In this document: positions 40,580-52,705 of the stretch, piece by piece
How positions within the stretch are numbered: position 1 is the first letter of the stretch
Layout of the letters: each line of letters starts with the position of its first letter
Source: Antedon mediterranea
Lineage: Eukaryota; Animalia; Echinodermata
Assembly: GCF_964355755.1 (NCBI RefSeq)
Contig: NC_092671.1
Location: forward strand, 11,222,001-11,286,000
Direction of reading: 5' to 3'
DNA length: 64,000 nucleotides
Program-made: the position numbers and the translations under genes
Notes under the pieces: model-generated
Database searches by the model: none
The model's input: the letters and a program-made list of their open reading frames with translations, nothing else
What the model was told of the DNA's origin: nothing

Positions 40580-41229
40580 TAATACTACATTGCTCAGACA
40601 ACAATATTCAAGAACAAACACTTTTCATCTTAAAATGTTCATAATCGCTTTCATCAACATAACAATTATTAATACATTTCTACAGGGAACATTATAATGG
40701 AATAATTATGACTATCACATCCTCTTATAAAAGGACGATGAACCTCATCAATAACAACATTAACCTACTGTACTGTTAACTTGTGTTTAAATTAATCACG
40801 TCTTTCTTCGGTTGCAATCAAGCAAAGGCCAAAGTGGCATACATACACTCACATTGGATTACATTTATATCTTTAGAAATATCATGATATCACAGTCAAT
40901 TAGACCAGATATAGGCCTATTACGTATGTATACATGTTCGAACGTCACATAAGACAAGTTATAATCAAATTGCTAGTTTCAAAATTATACTATTTGTCGG
41001 GTTTGCCTATTTAAAGGGCAGCGGTATTTCAAAAGAGCTACACAATGGTTAGTTGCCTGTGGTGCAGATAATATTTCTAAAAGTGTCATTGTTAATTATA
41101 GAAATGAAACATGGGATACATGTATAGCATTCTATTAATAATTATATCTTGGGACATTTCAGTAAACATTTACAAAATATTTTATCAGACATTCACATTA
41201 TAATTTATCATTGACCTACAGTATACTGC

Positions 41230-44200
41230 AACAGAATGACCATCATCCTACAATTCATTATCAGTTCAATCATCGAAATCAGTAGCAACATTCAAATGTT
41301 TCTTATCAAAATCTTAATATTACATTTTATCAATCATTATTATTTTCCTTATTCCAGCTTTCTCATCGTCATCATTGTCATCGTCATCATCAACATCACA
41401 TATTCTGTCATTCTCTCTTCATTATTCCAGTTTATCATCGTTATCATCATCTTCGTCAACAATCACAATAAGTTTTCTTCAAAGTAATGATCACAATCAT
41501 GTCAACACCGATATCATTATCAATATTTTATTTATCATTAAATTCTTTGTTATCACCAGGTCAACAATCAATATAAGCATATCCGTTATTAAACACACAC
41601 TTATCAACATTTTAACATCATCGTACTGTATCATCAATATAAATGACAATTATAATTATACTCATTATTAAACTAATTATTATCATTGCATCATAAATAT
41701 TAAAAACAATAGAATATTCATCAATAAACTAATTATTAACAACATCAACGCAATATCAATAATAAATTCATTGTTATTATCATCTTAACATATATTCAAC
41801 AGCGTCTTCATCATAAACTGATTCCTATCAAAATGGTAACATCATCGATCATAAATATCAACAATAAGAAATCCAATCATAATCACCATCATATCATCAA
41901 ATATCAACAGCGTCTCCATAATGAAATTCATTCTTATCATCATTTTAACATCATCGATGATAAATATTAACAATAGAAAAATTTATCATTAAACTAATTC
42001 TTATCACAATTTTAACATCATCGTAGCATCAATATCAACAGCTTCTCTATCATTACATTCATTCTTATCACAATTTTAACATCATCATATCATAAATACC
42101 AACAGTTTCTCCATCATTACATTCATTCTTATCACATTTTTAACATCATCGTAGCATCAATATCACCAGCTTCTTTATCATTACATTCATTCTTATCACA
42201 ATTTTAACATCATCGTAGCATCAATAACAACAGCTTCTCTATCATTACATTCATTCTTAGCACCATTTTAACATCATCATATCATGATCAATAACAACAG
42301 CTTCTCTATCATTACATTCATTCTTATCACATTTTTAACATCATCGTAGCATCAATAACAACAGCTTCTTTATCATTACATTCATTCTTATCACATTTTT
42401 AACATCATCATATCATGATCAATAACAACAGCTTCTCTATCATTACATTCATTCTTAGCACCATTTTAACATCATCATATCATGATCAATAACAACAGCT
42501 TCTCTATCATTACATTCATTCTTAGCACCATTTTAACATCATCATATCATGATCAATAACAACAGCTTCTCTATCATTACATTCATTCTTATCACCATTT
42601 TAACATCATCGTAGCATCAATATCAACAGCTTCTTTATCATTACATTCATTCTTATCACATTTTTAACATCATCGTAGCATCAATAACAACAGCTTCTCT
42701 ATCATTACATTCATTCTTATCACATTTTTAACATCATCGTAGCATCAATATCAACAGCTTCTTTATCATTACATTCATTCTTATCACATTTTTAACATCA
42801 TCGTAGCATCAATAACAACAGCTTCTCTATCATTACATTCATTCTTATCACCATTTTAACATCATCGCAGCATCAATAACAACAACTTCTCTATCATTAC
42901 ATTCATTATTATCACAATTTTAACATCATCGTAGCATCAATATCAACAGCTTCTCTATCATTACATTCATTCTTATCACCATTTTAACATCATCGTAGCA
43001 TCAATATCAACAGCTTCTCCATCATTAAATTAATTCTTATCACCATTTTAACATCATCAATGAAAAATATCAACAGCTTCTCTATCATTTAGTTATTACC
43101 ATTTTATATTACAATCACGGCATCGTCAATATCAACATCAACTCATTTGTATCACGATGTTAACAACATCGCATTACCAGTTTTCATCAACAAAATCATT
43201 CTAATTATTATCTTAACATCATCAACAACATGGTTGTTATTATACTCATTCGTATAACTATCTTAACGCCATCGATTATAAATCTCAACAATAGCAAATA
43301 CATCATAGACTATCATAATTTTAACATCATCATATCATATTATTATCATCGGTATCACTATTAACAGCACCTTCCTCATTAACTCATTCGTACACCATAT
43401 TATTAACACAATGTCATCAATATCATCAGGAATGTCATATTCATCATTAGAATCATTCTTATCACAATTTTAACATCATCGCATCACAATTATTATCATT
43501 ATCATCAATGATACTATCTTCATTATTACACTTATTCTTAACAACACCGTCTCGCTAATATCTTCAATATTATTATAGAATAGTCATTATTAATTTAATT
43601 ACTATTATGGCAATCTTAACAACATCATCATCAACAGACACCATAATCAAGAGCAACAATCTTAATTGTTAATTAACTTACTCTTATCATCATCATCAAC
43701 CACGCCTTCCTCTACATCAACAAGACTCTTTATAACATCACAGCCATTTTTGTTATCATCATAAAGATCATTAATTTCACTCTCATACATCTTCGAATCA
43801 TCAGAATCATTATTGTCATCATTTTCCTGATAATCTTCCTATCATTATTATTGCTGTCATCATTATTATTGTCACCAATACCATCATCTTGCTCATCTTC
43901 AATGTCAATATTAAAGTCATGTTTAACAACAGCAGCATCGTCAATGTTAGTGCAATACCTATCATCACTAATTGTTATATTATCATCACTAAAAACATCA
44001 TAACATTAAAAATATTACAAAATTCATTTTCTCAGCAGTCATCAAAAACATTCAGTTAAAATCAATATCATTACATTTATCAATAACAAAGTCATTAATC
44101 ATCATGTCAATGTCAACCTTTTTCATCTTCATCAAAAGTAGCATTAATCATAATCAGCAATCATCATCATCACCCCAATAATCATCCTCATTACAATAAT

Positions 44201-44260
44201 AATCTCCCACTTTGTCGTCATTCCCATGTACTCACTGAATAACAAACTATATCATTATTA
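41230..44260. repeat. ATC/AAC-rich, G-poor low-complexity domain
   Basis: About 3 kb of scrambled (ATC)n-like sequence; the source of the spurious Ile/Ser-rich ORFs. Confidence 0.9.
42000..43090. repeat. Minisatellite, 64-bp unit (67-bp variant), about 16-17 units
   Basis: Unit CATTACATTCATTCTTATCACAATTTTAACATCATCGTAGCATCAATATCAACAGCTTCTCTAT; consecutive starts at 42051 and 42115. Confidence 0.96.
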
Positions 44261-44865
44261 TTGGCATAATGATGTGTAACGTACAGTACCTGAGAGATAT
44301 TACCATATTTGACAAATAAAACGTTTCATAACCTCGACGAAATCAACATCAAAATTACTGTAAATAATTAATGACATAGTAACCTTTAATTACACATTCG
44401 AACTGTATAAGTTATTCAGCGAGGAGGACTAGAGTGTTTTAACAAATTAAAAAATGTAAAAAAAGAAAAGCCGATAACAACATGTATGAGAGATTTTTGG
44501 CTTAAGTATTCAATACATTATGAATAATTTGTATAGGTAATAAACAACACAATTATTAATTCATACCGAAACCTGTAGACAGAGTTGCTTCTTTCTGGAA
44601 CGCGCTGTCAGCTAGGTATAATCACAGTTAAAAACACTAACTATAGTGGCGCTGTATGTTTTTTTAAACTGAGTGGGTTAAGAGTGGGCTGACCTAGATT
44701 AACTTAGAATTAAATAAAACTTCATAATTATTTGGATTTGAATATGTCTTTTAATATAATATCGACTAATCTAATGATATGAATGAAACTACTCACGGCT
44801 ATAACATAATATGATATCCAACGAATATATCACCATCTCTGGTAGGCTTACACAAATCAAATCAA

Positions 44866-45480
44866 TTCCATCATCGTCACCATCATTAACACTCACATCA
44901 TCATCATGATCGTCCACATCATCATCATCATCATGGTCATCTTCCTGATCATCATCAACAACATCATTGTTCATCATTAGTTATCAACATAAATATCAAC
45001 AATTGATATCGAGAATAACCATTAGATCTAATATAATGGCATTATTATATTCAATATTACTATCACGACCAACAATAAACAGAAACACGACCATTACAAT
45101 TAATGGCAATTTAAATTATTAACATAGTTTTAATTATCAATGTTGTATCGAGTGCCAACACATTTATCATTATCATACGTTATCGATCATCATCAATATG
45201 GATCGTCAGTGTCACTAACATCATTATTATTTTTTTCACAATATTTTCTATCACTCATAACCAATTGAATAATCATTATCATCTTGACGTCATAATCAAC
45301 AACATACAAAACAACAACAAAATTATTATCAAATTATCATCATTTACTCATCATCATGCTCAACACCATTCTCATTATTCTCTCTGACAAAAAAAACCAT
45401 AAAATAGTTTTATTAACATTATCATTGGCAACTGTTTTAACATTTATCATCACTATTAACAGTCATTATCAGCAATATCG
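44866..45480. repeat. Second ATC-rich low-complexity block including a degenerate (CAT)n microsatellite
   Basis: CATCATCATCATGATCG...; produces the poly-Asp ORF 44789-44977 (-). Confidence 0.85.
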
Positions 45481-45490
45481 TTAATTATTA

Positions 45491-45606
45491 AGCTAGGACG
45501 CAACTCAAGGACGTACACGCGAGTTACCCAATGACAAGTGACAGTTCGAATAATTCATCGCTTGTGATTGGTCAAATCACTTGTTGCGTCTCTGAGAACC
45601 ACCCGT
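45491..45606 (+). mobile_element. MITE family C, deleted/degenerate copy
   Basis: TTA|AGCTAGGACGCAA...CCAATGACAAG...CATCGCTTGTGATTGGTCAA...GAACCAC. Confidence 0.7.
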
Positions 45607-46796
45607 TAAATACAAACAGTAGTTGACTATTCTCTTATTAGATTATACTGTACAGCCTTATAACTACATATAATAATGTTACAACAATCTATGTTTATTG
45701 TCAACACAAGTACAATTCATATATAAATTTGTTAATAATGCAATACATTATAATAAATATTATTGTTCAATTGTGTAAATTACCCTGGCATTACTAACAA
45801 TAATAATTGATTGTATCCAATATTGATTTCCTTATAGAATGTGTTATGTGTTGAATAAAATTAATCGTTTTCCTCAACAATGTTGTTTTAATGCGGTATT
45901 TGTTTTCGGGTTTTAATGCTGATTATTCGATATTTATAATATACACATTTAAAAATAATAGAGCGTTTCAATTTGCGACGAAACTACCGAGTTACGTCGT
46001 ACATTACGGTAATACATTGTGCGCATGCGGGGACATTATGACGTGCTTTCTTTCCCTTTCCGGAACAATGATTACACGGTCCTCGGTAGTTGCAAATAGA
46101 AATCTTCCGTTAATTTTATAATAGTTATAAGGGGAACACTGTATTCAAATGCTTTTGAAGGCTATATATAGACAATCGCCTCATTGCTTGTCCCGCTCGC
46201 GATTTTTGTTTTGAAGTTGGGGACCCCTTAGTGAAAGGAAAAAATAAAGCACGTCCCGCACCCTACACCGTCGAAACATGTTTTGTTTTGTTTTTAATTC
46301 AGTCGTATATTATATAATAGGCCTACGACTGAATAAAAACTTGATTTTCACTCTTTTATATTAGAGTACATTCTCATTATTATAAATGTCAAATGATTTA
46401 TTACATTGGTTTTTTTTTATCGTATATAGTATAAATCCATTTATACAATCCATTACAAATATAATTTATGATTAGTATTTTTATATTGGCAATTACTCAG
46501 GCAATTAGGACTATGTTGATGGATTAATAGAAACACATCTTTTTAGGGTTCAAATGTGAGTAACTTTTGGAATACTAAAAACCATAATTAAAATAGATGG
46601 CAGTAACAAGCTCAGTTTATTAACGTGTAATTAGCATTTGATTCGTTGTTTAGACACGATACACGTGTATGAAGACTAAACACCGTAATTGCTACTATAT
46701 TTGCATCCACTACAAGAGCAGTGTAAAATGACAACAATTTTATGCTTGGTTGTTGTTGTTGACGGCCGAAACGTCAGTAATAAATGAGAATCTTAA

Positions 46797-46944
46797 AGCT
46801 AGTTTGACAAAAAAAAAAGTGTGATGTACACAAATATGGTAGTGATATGCCAAAATATGTTACTGATATGACATCATTGCCCATATATAGGCACACCATA
46901 TTTTTTATCACACAATGTTATATAGTGATAGTGTAGACAGAGCT
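46797..46944 (-). mobile_element. MITE family A copy
   Basis: TAA|AGCTAGTTTGAC...TGGTAGTGATATG...GATAGTGTAGACAGAGCT|TTA. Confidence 0.8.
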
Positions 46945-48233
46945 TTAGATTAAGTGATATTACATTTTTTTAGTAATCATTATCATATAAAAAAGTTTAT
47001 TATTAATATTTCCTTAGTACTGTCATCACTATTATTTTATGATAATAATCCCACGTTACTTAGACCATGGACATAGGCCCATGCTTAGGCAGTACATCTA
47101 ATAATTACGAATTCTTTTGGATCAAGTACCAAGTGATGTCATATGATGTCTGCAGCAGGGAGGATGTAAACATTATTCATACTAGGAGCATAACAAGGGA
47201 ACAGAACAGTACTTCCTTTCGGGTAAGAAGTCATGCTTGTCATTGTTTTTAGAATTCACAATTTATCATTTATTATATATTAGATAAACATCAATACGCA
47301 GTTATCAACTCATAATAGTATCCAATTATCAATAAAGACATCGCTTATATATGGATTAACTTTTATCCATAGCTTATTCTATATTTACATAAATAAAACA
47401 TGCTTTTAACTTGATTAATTACACGCATTATTTGGCATTCAAATAATTTAATTGGAATATCTATATAATGTTCATGTATGATAAACATTATAAATTTGAT
47501 GTTTTGTTTACGTGTAGGCCTAATTTTCCAAACATTATACAAAATGTAGGCCTATTGTTGCACTGACAATTAACAATTTTATAAGAAATTTATTTAATAA
47601 GATATACAGTATACTTAACGTTAAGTTAAACATAAACATTAGTGAATTAAAAAAATTACACATTAATAGTTAAACTGATTACTAAGAAAATTAACCACTG
47701 CTTCCATTACTACATACTGTATGTCTCCCAAAAAAGCCAACACAACAAAACGCCAACATCTTTGAATAGTAAAATCCTGGTGATGTTGATCGAATTTCAT
47801 AGTAAAAACACACATAGATTAGTTAATAATGGTTAAATGCTATATGCCTGCTAGGTTCAATTATCTTTAGCAAGTTATTCTGCAACCGTATGCGCAACGG
47901 ATAATTACTTGCAATCAGGAAAGTATTTTTACAAACATTCTACAAGCTCGATGACACAAAACAACTCTTCTACGACTTTTTTCTTAACGGTAAAGAGTAA
48001 TGAACGTATGTAGTGCAAATGTTACAGTTGTAGCTACTTTCAACGTGTGATGTGACATTTAAAGTAGCAATAGGCACTACATAATATAGGTCATAGAACT
48101 AGTTACGAAACAGGCAGGATTTTGGTGATCTCAGTGTATTCAAACTCCCAAGAAAACAGCCTCTCATAACATAGCGATCACTACTACCTCATTACGGTAG
48201 TGAGAAGGAGATTGTGTGTATTTGTGGCCTGGA

Positions 48234-48565
48234 AGGGAACTATTTGAAATCTAAAACTATCCTCAAAAGTATAATCGAGAGTTTAAATGTCCCGGGTTTA
48301 ATTTTCTATTGAATATTATAAAATATAAATATAAACTTCTGGAAAAATTGATTTTTCTTCGATTCGGTTTCGATTTTAATACTATTTTCCTTATGAAAAA
48401 TGCTTCAAATTTACATGAACGAGAGTTAATCTTGTTGAAATTCCTATCTTTAACACATAGCACCATCTTTGCTTTACCGCTGTCGAAAAAAAATAAACAA
48501 GTGTAGGCTATAAGATATATTTTACAATACACAACAAGATATATTAAAACTCGTGGAGTAACCCT
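48234..48565. mobile_element. Possible Kolobok-type remnant (right end only convincing)
   Basis: Ends ...AAAACTCGTGGAGTAACCCT|TTAA; the left end is a guess. Confidence 0.35.
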
Positions 48566-48638
48566 TTAAAATAGTAAATAGCGTAACGTATTCTGTATTG
48601 AACTAATAGGCCTAAGTGTGCAGGTTTTTTGTTACCAA

Positions 48639-48816
48639 AGCTTGGTTCCCACTAGAACGTAACGCAAGGACGTAAACGCAACGCAAGCGTTTTAACCAAT
48701 GACAAGCGAAGTTATAGACAGCAATCACAAGCGAATAAGCCATCGCTTGTGATTGGTGGTCAATTCACTTGCGTTGCGTCACGTCCTTGTGTTGCGTCGC
48801 TAGTGGGAACCACGCT
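48639..48816 (+). mobile_element. MITE family C, full-length (PIF/Harbinger-like)
   Basis: CAA|AGCTTGGTTCCCACTAG...CTAGTGGGAACCACGCT|TAA; largely palindromic body. Confidence 0.9.
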
Positions 48817-49726
48817 TAACATTCAGGTTGTTGGCTGTTCTCAATGTTATTTAGAACGTGTGCAAGTTAAATATCTATGTTTCAGAAGATACTTTTTATG
48901 ATACATAATATAGTATTCGATATAATAATAATTGAAGTTTGAATGTCAAGTGGATTTCATTTGCATACTTGGATACTTAACACTGGACTAACATACGTTA
49001 GTTCCCAACTTGTTTTATAAACAATATTAGGGCGAAGGGAGAAAGCATCGTGTTTTGAATAAAGCATAAATAAAGCATATAATACAAATAAGTAATACAA
49101 ATACCCACTGCACTAAATACATACATTGATTTACGGTAGAAAAATTCGTAGATGTTTGATAGAATTAATTTAAAATGTCATTTACCTCACTAATATTATT
49201 AACGTTTCTGATTATGTCAGCTATTATAATAAGAACTGTAATCGTTATTGAAATAATATTGATTTTTGTCTTTCATTATCTAGGCACCGAGGCAATAATT
49301 AAATTCTAGACTGAGATTAGATTGTAATACTGCGATACACTATTTGATAGAAAGTCTAATGTATAATGATTAAACATTTTTGTCATTTACATATGCTTCG
49401 AAACACTAGGAAATGTCAAATATTTCCATTACTAGACTTTGCAAAGTATACTGTACTTTCTCTGTAATGTATTAATTTAATATATGTATTATACTAATTG
49501 TTTGTACGATATCATCAACAGTTTCAAGTTATTATCGTTCTGTTATTTATTTTTTTATTTTATTAACTTATTTATTGTTTGCCAAATACTAGGATGGATG
49601 TTTGCTCTTCTTAACAAATCTTATATCTATTACGTATACCAACATACCACCATTAATGGTGACGTCAAAAAAGCTGTTGCTGTTGCTCTCTACATTTTTC
49701 CAAGTATTCCGCTTAGTTTGTGAGAG

Positions 49727-49756
49727 CATGGAGGTATCTTATTTTATACCTCCATA
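49727..49756. mobile_element. 30-bp CATGG palindrome with 7-bp duplication (probable P-superfamily footprint)
   Basis: GTGAGAG|CATGGAGGTATCTTATTTTATACCTCCATA|GTGAAAG. Confidence 0.7.
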
Positions 49757-50837
49757 GTGAAAGCTATAGTTGTTTGTTTATATTTTTGCAGTGCGACTTT
49801 TACATTATAGCAATAATGGTTAAGCGCACAAATTCACCAAAATGCTCAAGGCGCTTACATTGTCAAAAGCATCAAATTATAAACAATATTTTTGAATATA
49901 TTGTCACATATCCTATAGCAATACAAGTTCATAATGTATTCAAATTTATTAGTATTGTATTAGGTATGTCTATTTCCATTATGCTTCATTTGCAAGACAA
50001 TTAACAATATGCTGGTTTTATCAATATTTAGTTTTACAATCATATTATAGTTACATTTACGTTTGTTGCCACCGGCGCCGCGGTTTCTTTTTAAAACATT
50101 ATACCTTGAAAACACAATAGCTCACAATTTTATTCCTTTCTGAGAAAAAAAATAATAGAAAACAATTAACTTGTAGTGACAGTTAAGTTATGTAGTCGTG
50201 TGTCTGCCGCATTCAGAAACTCGTAAAGTGTAAGATATGAACAAATGTACAGAAAATTAATTATGGATGGAAAAAATATCCGTGGTATACCATAAATTAT
50301 ATCATACTAAAACTGAATATTAATGTTTTTGTTATGGAAAGTTTGGAGTAGTTGATCAAAAAGGTTCGAGTATTTAGGATTGGCCGCATCTTCTTTCAGT
50401 CCAACTTCCATCAAATTCTACTGATGGAAGTTAAAATTGTCCTTAATGTTTTGCTACCAAATCTCGTTCAGTTATAAACTACTGGATAATACTTACAATA
50501 GACCGTTAGTCTCAATTAATATAATGTCTCATAAGACTTTAGCCTTGGATTCGCTATTCAACAAGTTTATTAATCAGTGGATACTTTTATGCGACTTCAA
50601 CCTTGGTTATTAAAATTATGAAGATTTCTCCTATTTATAACTCACTTCTAATTATCAGATTTGATTAATTATATGGGATGTGTTTTACTACAAAGGAGCA
50701 TTAATCAAACCTATTCATCTTTCTCCGTAAGGAGTTTTTCATTCATTAATGGACGCAATACAGATATGATGGTGGTATTCATCTCAGTCTAATATGAATA
50801 GTCCAATTAAGTTTCCTTGTTTTTATGTTATTAAGGT

Positions 50838-51222
50838 TCTGAACCCCTTTGTTGGATAACAACATTTAAAAGACATTCATATAACGAGGACACTTACCCG
50901 TGAAATCAACAAGGGAAACTTTTTGAAATTACGGCCATTCAGCGGACACCCCTATTAAAGCTTGGTTCCACTAGCGACGCAAGGTAACCTACGCAACGTA
51001 AGAAAATGCCCTTCCAATAATTGTGTTTGCCCCGCCTGCGTGAAATCAAACCTGCGATGTTTGCAGCACTGTTTGCGTTGTCGGTTCCCCCACTTGTGAT
51101 TACGCAAATACATCACTTTGCGTCAATAATTCGTTGCGTTGCGTTACTTGCGTCACTAGTGGGAACCAAGCTTAGCGGTGACTTTGTTGGGTCCCGAATG
51201 TGTCCTTGTTAGGGGTTCGATT
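50838..51222. mobile_element. Degenerate pogo/Tigger-like MITE interrupted by a family B MITE
   Basis: GAACCCCT...GGACAC...AGCGGACACCCCTATTAA[insert]GCGG...GTGTCC...AGGGGTTC; inverted motifs at both ends. Classification is from motif resemblance only. Confidence 0.5.
50959..51172 (+). mobile_element. MITE family B (PIF/Harbinger-like), full-length
   Basis: TAA|AGCTTGGTTCCACTAGCGACGC...CTAGTGGGAACCAAGCT|TA; homologous to 51690-51897 and 62555-62752. Confidence 0.9.
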
Positions 51223-51661
51223 CAGATTATATACGGTGTCATCTCTCATTGTCACACATGTCCACAAAAGAGTTTGTATCTCTCAAATTGCCAATGATAC
51301 TGCAGGATATAAATTGAAGGTACTGTACCGAGAATCGGTTTGAATTCAGGTTTTCTCCCATGCCAAGAGAGCTGCTGGCTAATTGAATATAAATCCAATT
51401 TGTGTCTTCGAATTTAATTACGGTTAACACGATTAATTTTAATTAGGAGCTAAATAGGGCATTATCAGTGTTCGGTAAATTTGACGTAGTACTTCTGATT
51501 AGACTAATGTGTCTTAGGAGTTTTTTTCATTAAAAAAACGATATAAATGTCAACAACGCCCATGCTATAGTCGATTCCCAATAAAAGAATATTTGTGATG
51601 CATTTATTATTATTCAATGACTTTATTTCTACAATATGCGAGGCATAAGATGAACCCTATC

Positions 51662-52043
51662 CAGTGGCGTAACGCAGAGGCCTGGCTTAAGCGTGGTTCT
51701 CACTAGAACGCAACGCAACGTAACGCAGCGACGTATCAATAAAAAGTGCTGTATTGCGGAATCACAAGTGTGAACCGACGATGCAACAGTGCTGCAAACA
51801 CAGCAGGTTTAATTTCACGCAGGCGGGAGCAAACACAATTATTGGAAGGGCATTTGCGTAGGTTGCGTTACGTAGCGTCGCTAGTGGGAACCAAGCTTAA
51901 GGAACCCCAAGTGGCCCTCCAACGCTGGAGGCTTTGGTGTTTTGAGATTTTTTCGACATATTTTAATGCCTGTTTTTTTGCTCTTGCCACTGCTCAGGGC
52001 CCCTGGATTTAGCCAGTGAGCGCTCATAGCCGTTACGCCACTA
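51662..52043 (+). mobile_element. hAT-type MITE carrying a nested family B MITE
   Basis: ACCCTATC|CAGTGGCGTAACG...CGTTACGCCACTA|ACACTATC (8-bp TSD, 7/8). An uninterrupted relative lies at 13773-13929. Confidence 0.85.
51690..51897 (-). mobile_element. MITE family B, full-length, nested
   Basis: TTA|AGCGTGGTTCTCACTAG...CTAGTGGGAACCAAGCT|TAA. Confidence 0.9.
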
Positions 52044-52354
52044 ACACTATCCCATCGACCGATTTGTGAATTTTCTATATTTTTACTGTCATGTTATTTC
52101 GCTTTATGCATAAATAACATTCTACATGACTAACTAAAAATGTTTTATAGCTTGCTTAACAATTTTAAAGACACGTTATACAAACAGCTGCAGTATGGTA
52201 AAATAAAATATGAGAATTTTATGTTATACAAATTGGTTTATTTTTTTTAGCACGAATGATGCGGAATATACAGAATGATAAATCAGTGACTCCGTACTGC
52301 TTTCTTCCTATTGGGGTCAATGGCAAGTCCTATCTTTTGCAAAATAGTGGTAGT

Positions 52355-52430
52355 TTATTCATATTCATATTCATATTCATTTATTATCCAGAAAAATAAA
52401 ACAATAATACAAAAAGCATAAATTGCATAG
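52355..52430 (-). mobile_element. Short retroelement 3' tail, AATAAA + (TGAATA)n
   Basis: The plus strand reads TTCATATTCATATTCATATTCATTTATT. Confidence 0.35.
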
Positions 52431-52434
52431 AACA

Positions 52435-52705
52435 AGTGCGTTTTACTCACGTACGGTCACCGGACGCATGTATGTTTTTCCTAGAAAGACGAGGAAGACA
52501 ATTACTATTACAGTATTACCTGTATTATTAATTGGCCGATAAAACGATTGCCACTATAGCGTGTAGTTTATTCTAGTGCGTTTTACTCACGTATACGGCC
52601 GCCGGACGCAAGTATGTTTTTCCTAGAAAGACAATTACTACTACAGTACTGTATTACCTGTAGGCCTATTATTAATTGGCTGATAAAACGATTGCCACTA
52701 AAGCG
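52435..52705. repeat. Tandem duplication, period about 140 bp (52435-52561 and 52575-52705)
   Basis: AGTGCGTTTTACTCACGTA...GATAAAACGATTGCCACTA occurs twice, differing by a few substitutions and four indels. Confidence 0.95.

Noticed and set aside
44789-44977. Asp-rich ORF as an acidic biomineralisation protein
   Set aside because: Short reverse translation of a (CAT)n-like tract; no signal peptide or supporting exon structure.
46758-46778. Penelope-type hammerhead ribozyme (CCGAAACGTC; also CGACGTTTCG near 25904)
   Set aside because: No correctly placed CTGANGA core or stem II.
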